Source: Lingula anatina | Taxonomy: Eukaryota > Animalia > Brachiopoda | NCBI GenBank assembly: GCA_051362555.1 | Contig: CM120646.1 | Location: 15,748,001 to 15,812,000 of the forward strand | Direction: 5' to 3' | DNA: 64,000 nt | Shown here: one piece after another, positions 60,065 to 64,000 of the stretch | Numbering within the stretch: the stretch's first letter is position 1 | Layout: every line of letters starts with the position of its first letter | Notes under the pieces: model-generated | The model's database searches: none | What the model was told of the DNA's origin: nothing | What the model saw: only the letters and a program-made list of their open reading frames with translations | Position numbers and translations under genes: made by a program

Positions 60065-63000
60065 AATAATAATAGTAGTACTAGTAATAGTGATAATAAT
60101 CAAATCTGAATATCAGTAATGATGATGATGAAAAACAATAATAATGATAATGTTTTTTAATTAACAGCATACTAATTAACAAAAGATTAAAATTAGATTC
60201 AAAACTACATTTTTGTGTTGTTGCTGTGTACATGTGTATGAAGTAGGTTAGACTTAAACCTGATAGTCTTTATACAAAATCCGTGTTTTGCAAAAGGCTA
60301 GATGAGTTCTTCATCCCAGTGTTGTTACTCTAAAAGTAGATATTACCAACTTTTTTATATTTATGTTTTACTGAATATGTCTTTGTTGATTTTTACAGGT
60401 GAAAGAGAATAGAGAGAAAAGGGAGCGAGAACTGGAGAAACAGAGAAGAGAAAGGCAGGCCAAGAAAGACGCTCATTTTCAAGCACAGCAAATGATACTG
60501 AGGGTATGACTTAGTGCTATGCATTAAGAATAAACATGTATATTGGAATATTTCAAAGAATTTGATATGTTATAACTTTTTTCTGTCTTTTTTTTTTTCA
60601 CACAGAGTCAGTATAATACAATAAATTAGCAAGTTAAATCTAAAGCTGTTATTGTTAATGGGCTATTTTACAACCTAGGTAAAATCTCATGGGCTCATTC
60701 CTAATATATTTGATGTTTTTAAACAAAAAAAGATATAGCTGTATGAATCATTTATTCAGGAAGAGAAAGAAAAGAACATGCGTGCCAAAAGAGAAGAACT
60801 AGAACTTCAGAAAGAGATGGCAAGAATCAGAAAACAAATGCAGGAGGAGAGAAAGAAAGAAGAGGAGAGGAAGTTGAGGTATTTTGATATCTGTGCACAA
60901 ATGTTGCATTTGTATATATATTTCATTTACCAAAATCATTTGTGTATCAGTGCCCAATGTGCACATTGCTTATTTGATTACTTGGCTTTCAAAACTGAAA
61001 TGCTGGGGAATCCATAATAATTGTTTTGACAACACAGAATGCTCCTTTTGAAATACAAATGTGTGGTTAAGGTACATCTTGTACCCTTTCCATAATGTTC
61101 ACTTCGTACTTGAAATTATTTCATTTTGTGAAGAGAAATATGGTATTGATTTGTGTGTGTTTGTCTTTGATATTCTTTTGGGGTTATTGGTTTGGATTTC
61201 AAAGACAAAGGTGTATAAGTTTAACCTTCCATGATGTGAGTAATATGTGGTTTTGCAATCTGTTTAAATTTTAGAGAAAAGCAGCAGAGTGAGCTGTTAG
61301 AGCAGCAGGCGCGGGAGGAGTTTGAGAGGCAGAGGGAGGAGGAGGAGAGGAGGCAGATGGAACACTTGAAAAAGATCGACGAAAAGAGAGTACAACTGAT
61401 GAAGAGACTAGAGGAGGTGGAGAAAAGGAAAGCTGCTGATAATTTAAAGGTATGCTGAACAGAGTTATTTTATGTGTTCACGATTTCTAATTATCAGAGA
61501 CCTTGAAATTGTTTCAGCTGATATGCAGTACTTGCATTCTAATAAGAAAGGTCAATGGACCAGCCCCCTTTCTGTAGTGCAACAGATTTATTCTATATTA
61601 CATACCATAACCTTGTTACAGCAAAAACTAGGGAAATTTAATCAGGGAAATTTAATCAGGGTATATTTGATTCTGATCATGATTTAGAAAAAATATGACA
61701 AATCTATTCAACAGTATCACATAGCAAATGATTAACAAAAACCAGAGAAATTAAATAAGAGTAGATTGAAGTCTGATTCTGATATATATGTTCCAGATCC
61801 TCCACAAGCATTTCTCCGCCTGGTACAATGTAGTCCTGGAGAAGAGGATAGCCCTGGGCAAGGTGAAGGCCATGGCAGACTGGAAGTGTATACTGCGTGC
61901 CTGGAATGCCTGGAAGACCTTTGTGAGAGCCAAGAGACTGGAGAGGGAGGCACAACACTATGAACAAGACTTGAAGAATTACCACAGGTAAATACGAAAA
62001 AATTTATGAGTTGTTTATTTTGGTTTGTCTACATTGGTGTATTTATTGTGACTAGGTTGGTACATTCTTAAAAAGGCAAATTAATGATAATTATGGTTTT
62101 TACACTGTGTGTTTGTGTTTCATTACACCTTTTCCTTCTCAGTAAAACGTAATACTGTGGAGTGACCCGCATTGATGTTGGTGAAACTTTTTTCAGTCTT
62201 CTGTTGCACCATTTTAGATCATATTTGCTTAAACCAAAAAGAAAGAAAAAATAAATGAACTTGATACTACGCATATTAATGTTATTGAAGAAATATATTT
62301 ATAAATATTACATGATCTCTTATTCAATTTTTGTAATAATTTTTTCCAGAAAAGTTCAGCAAGCCGAGTCCCACCACAGATCACAGTTACTGTCCAGGTA
62401 TTTCCATGCTTGGCAGATGTGGCTAAAACAGGCGCAGTTAGACAGGCAGGCGGCCACTGAACAGAACAGGCTACAGTCCAAGATGGCAGCTCTGTTGGAT
62501 GCAGCTGCTACTGGTCGCCTCTGGAGCAGTAGACAGGAGAGCGAGGGTGTTGCAAGTGGGACCAGTCACAGACCAGAGTCTGCCAGGGAGAAAGTTGTAA
62601 GTGGTTGCTAATGGAATACATTAATTCTTATATTAAGCTTTGGCTTGAAGGATTAAGAATGCTTAAAGAGAGGTTTGCTGTAGTGAAGACTTAACATGCT
62701 TTTATAATAATTCACGGTGCTAGCACCTTTTTTCAGACTGGTGCAAAATCTTTGAATCTGCTTCCGTGCATCCCATAGTATTTATAAATTATGTAGTATC
62801 CATGAGCCTAAAGTGCTATGAAGCCTGTTAGTCTCTAATAAATGCAAATTCTATGGATTTTTCTGTGTTCAAACTTACAGCTCTCTTGCTCTCTCTCTCT
62901 CTTAGTCCTATTTTAGGAATTGAGCATTTTGTGCAACCTGATTTACTCCCTGGGTTTCTGGTCCTGTCATCATGCTAAAATGAGTGTTTTCATCTTTTTA

Positions 63001-63920
63001 CTAAGGATGCCTTGTTTGAGCAACCTGCCAGACCAAGACCCCAGTCAGCCAGGAGTAGTACCAGTACCTTGGATTCATTCAAGGTCCCAGCTGCTAAGAA
63101 AGCCTGGCAGCCTCAACCAGCCACAGTTCCCACACAACCGTGGCAGGTCACAAAGAAACATGTTCATCTCAGCAAAAAGGAATTGGCTGCTATGGGCAAC
63201 CATGACAACCAGTCTAGTCCCCATGACAACCCACCTGGTCCCCATGGTGATTATGTAGATAACCAGTCAGATGGCCAGAAGAGCGATGGGAGAACCAATC
63301 AGAAAAAAGCACCATGGCAGAGGGAGCCTTTTATGGTTAATAGCCATAGTCATAGAACTGAAGCTCAGAAAGAAATGCTCAAGAAACAGAGAGAACAGAT
63401 ACAGGAACAGCAGAAAATGATAGAGGAACTACAGTTCCAGCAGAACCAGTTGATTCTTCAACAACAGCTGAAAACTCAGGAAGCAATCAGAGAACAGCTC
63501 AATCAGATGACTATTGCTGATGTCACAGACGAACAAATGAAAAAGATGAATAAAGAGCCAGAGAAAACTGACAGAAGTGGAGGTTCCACTGCAAGGTACC
63601 ATGCTTAGCTCATAACCCTAACATCTGATTACAGTTGGACGTGTGTATGTATGACACAATGTATGGTATCTTTCACTGAATTGATAAGACTTTTGTAGTA
63701 ACAGCCATGTGGGTAAACCACACAATATATAAAGCATCTTGAAAACTTGTATCATACATTCAGATTCAGGTTTAACTCATTGTGATTTTTGATAATATTT
63801 TGATTTCATGTGATTAAAAATGCTCATATTTCTCTAGGTCGGCTGTCAGTGAGTCCTCTGAGAAGAGTGACAATACAGCTGCTTCCAAGAAGAGCATGGC
63901 ATCTTCTAAATTTCTCAAGA
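58203..63920 (+). CDS. CCDC191: Coiled-coil domain-containing protein 191, 5' part (continues beyond the window)
   Basis: Exons ~58203-58277, 58564-58602, 58854-58989, 59136-59336, 59816-60000, 60399-60503, 60760-60878, 61275-61449, 61797-61987, 62350-62596, 63006-63594, 63838-63920. Motifs LYRWKR, DWIKKVEDAS, AQDLLTQWM, DPRVKMQVRHQQVKENREKRE, HFSAWY, KMAALLDAA match recalled CCDC191. Confidence 0.85.
60026..60150. repeat. Compound trinucleotide microsatellite (CAA)n-(TAA)n-(TAG/TGA)n
   Basis: Direct reading, in a CCDC191 intron. Confidence 0.9.
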
Positions 63921-64000
63921 GTAAGATAATTTTAGGAAATGTCTGTCCATATAAAACCTGTGTAGAAAATAAGACCAGTTAGTCAAGTGTCCAAAAAAAA

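Noticed and set aside
63187-63252. X-box-like CCATGACAAC/CCATGGTGAT repeats
   Set aside because: They lie inside a CCDC191 coding exon and are explained by a short peptide repeat (HDN/HGD); a regulatory role is unsupported.

Overview
Gene-dense, AT-rich, intron-containing animal DNA. The repeat style suggests a lophotrochozoan, possibly a mollusc (inference only). Six protein-coding genes alternate strictly in strand: the 5' part of an unidentified coiled-coil gene (-), DDX6 (+, CDS 2989-8437), RSPH1 (-, 14003-19795), CFAP44 (+, 20281-43873), PRDM10 (-, 45590-56617) and the 5' part of CCDC191 (+, from 58203). DDX6 introns host seven box C/D snoRNA copies, one per intron, from three families: two U22/SNORD22-like, two SNORD38-like, and three of a guide complementary to the 28S Um2402-equivalent site (one decaying). 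RSPH1 intron 2 holds a young 5'-truncated L1/Tx1-type LINE with a 16-bp target-site duplication and an apparent 3' transduction. A CFAP44 intron holds a 2.8-kb Helentron-type non-autonomous element with a 146-bp tandem array. RSPH1 and CFAP44 share a ~485-bp head-to-head interval with two forkhead + RFX X-box pairs. At least six tandem duplications are seeded on exon-intron junctions of CFAP44 and PRDM10; where the copied splice site survives (five cases), using it introduces a stop or frameshift. Exon coordinates were read by eye and homology calls come from recalled sequences; no searches were run.
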